In this document: positions 63,494 to 64,000 of the stretch, piece after piece | How positions within the stretch are numbered: the first letter of the stretch is position 1 | Layout: each line of letters starts with the position of its first letter | Source of the DNA: a virus | Taxonomy: Duplodnaviria; Caudoviricetes | Length of the DNA stretch: 64,000 nucleotides | Reading direction: 5' to 3' (one strand) | IMG/VR virus record: IMGVR_UViG_3300037183_000141 | Location: 12,464-76,463 of that record | Program-made: the position numbers and the translations under genes | The notes under the pieces: model-generated | Database searches by the model: none | What the model saw: only the letters and a program-made list of their open reading frames with translations | Told to the model about the DNA's origin: nothing

Positions 63494-63997
63494 ATGACGG
63501 GCCGCGAAGACAGACGACGCCGGAAGGCGGCGGAGGTCGGGCGGCGAGACGGATACACCAAACCGGAGGCGACGACCAACATGAACAACGAGACCAACAC
63601 CACCGCGACCACCAGCAAGCCCAAGGCCCCGAAGGCCGAGCGCGTCAAGTACAACTACCCCTTCGCCACGAAGGCCCAGATCCTGGAGTCGCAGGCCGAC
63701 TTCGCCACCTGCCTCGCGCACCTGGAGCAGCTCTACGCGGCGCAGACCGCGGACGAGCAGGACCAGGAGAGCACCTTCTTCAAGAACAAGGCCGGGTTCA
63801 TGTCCTCGCACGCCGTCACCGGCAGCAAGCTCGCCGTCAAGGCCCGCTCGGGGGAAGCCCTGACGGAAGAGGAGCAGGGCAAGGTCCGCTCGATCGTCTG
63901 CCGCTACGGCAAGCAGCTCGCCGCGTTCTCCCGCCGCGAGGCTATGGAGGCAAACCCGGAGCTGAAGAAGATCGCCGAGATCTTCAGCGCAGCCTGA
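63494..63997 (+). CDS. Hypothetical phage protein (start 63494 or 63581)
   Basis: LYAAQTADEQ..T..KNKAGF..LT..RYGKQL, a pattern I recall from uncharacterised phage proteins; motif before 63494. Confidence 0.65.
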   Translation: MTGREDRRRRKAAEVGRRDGYTKPEATTNMNNETNTTATTSKPKAPKAERVKYNYPFATKAQILESQADFATCLAHLEQLYAAQTADEQDQESTFFKNKAGFMSSHAVTGSKLAVKARSGEALTEEEQGKVRSIVCRYGKQLAAFSRREAMEANPELKKIAEIFSAA

Positions 63998-64000
63998 GCC

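Larger units (their letters stand above)
57720..63496. promoter_or_regulatory. Array of about 22 copies of AG[G/A]TC-N15-TA-(purine tract)-ATG, one per small gene
   Basis: Manual alignment of intergenic segments; spacer 15 nt in nearly all copies, 14 nt at about 59255-59275. Confidence 0.85.

Overview
This window looks like a 64-kb slice of a large, GC-rich tailed-phage (jumbo-phage-like) genome. There are no rRNA, tRNA or housekeeping operons. Genes are dense and often overlap at stop/start codons, and five free-standing homing endonuclease genes are present. The host is unknown; a myxobacterial or similar GC-rich Gram-negative host is only a guess. Layout: (i) 1-25 kb, a mostly minus-strand replication/recombination block: dnaX start, endonuclease-Mom fusion, Toprim primase, SbcC C-half, beta-clamp-like protein, RecB-like nuclease, SbcD, RecD2, an NAD-ligase split into two oppositely oriented genes, nrdAB, holA, holB and a sigma-like protein. 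(ii) 25-48 kb, nucleotide metabolism and repair: a PurA homologue with the PurZ-type Ser, ThyX, dNMP kinase, CYTH, two HAD nucleotidases, DHH, two glycosylases and a GH73 muramidase. (iii) 48-57 kb, an accessory block: second sigma-like gene, NusG-type KOW protein, papain-like protease and an orphan cas5c-cas8c pair. (iv) 57-64 kb, an array of about 20 tiny genes, almost all preceded by one fixed-spacing motif (AG[G/A]TC-N15-TA-purine tract-ATG). Best leads: a possible 2-aminoadenine (Z) pathway with a Mom-like adenine modifier and a Pol III-type replisome; cas5c plus Cas11-less cas8c with no cas7, cas3 or array in the window; a shared C-terminal V-[M/L/I]-x-x tag on 11 unrelated proteins; and the cassette-like motif array. 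All calls come from reading motifs by eye; no database search was run.
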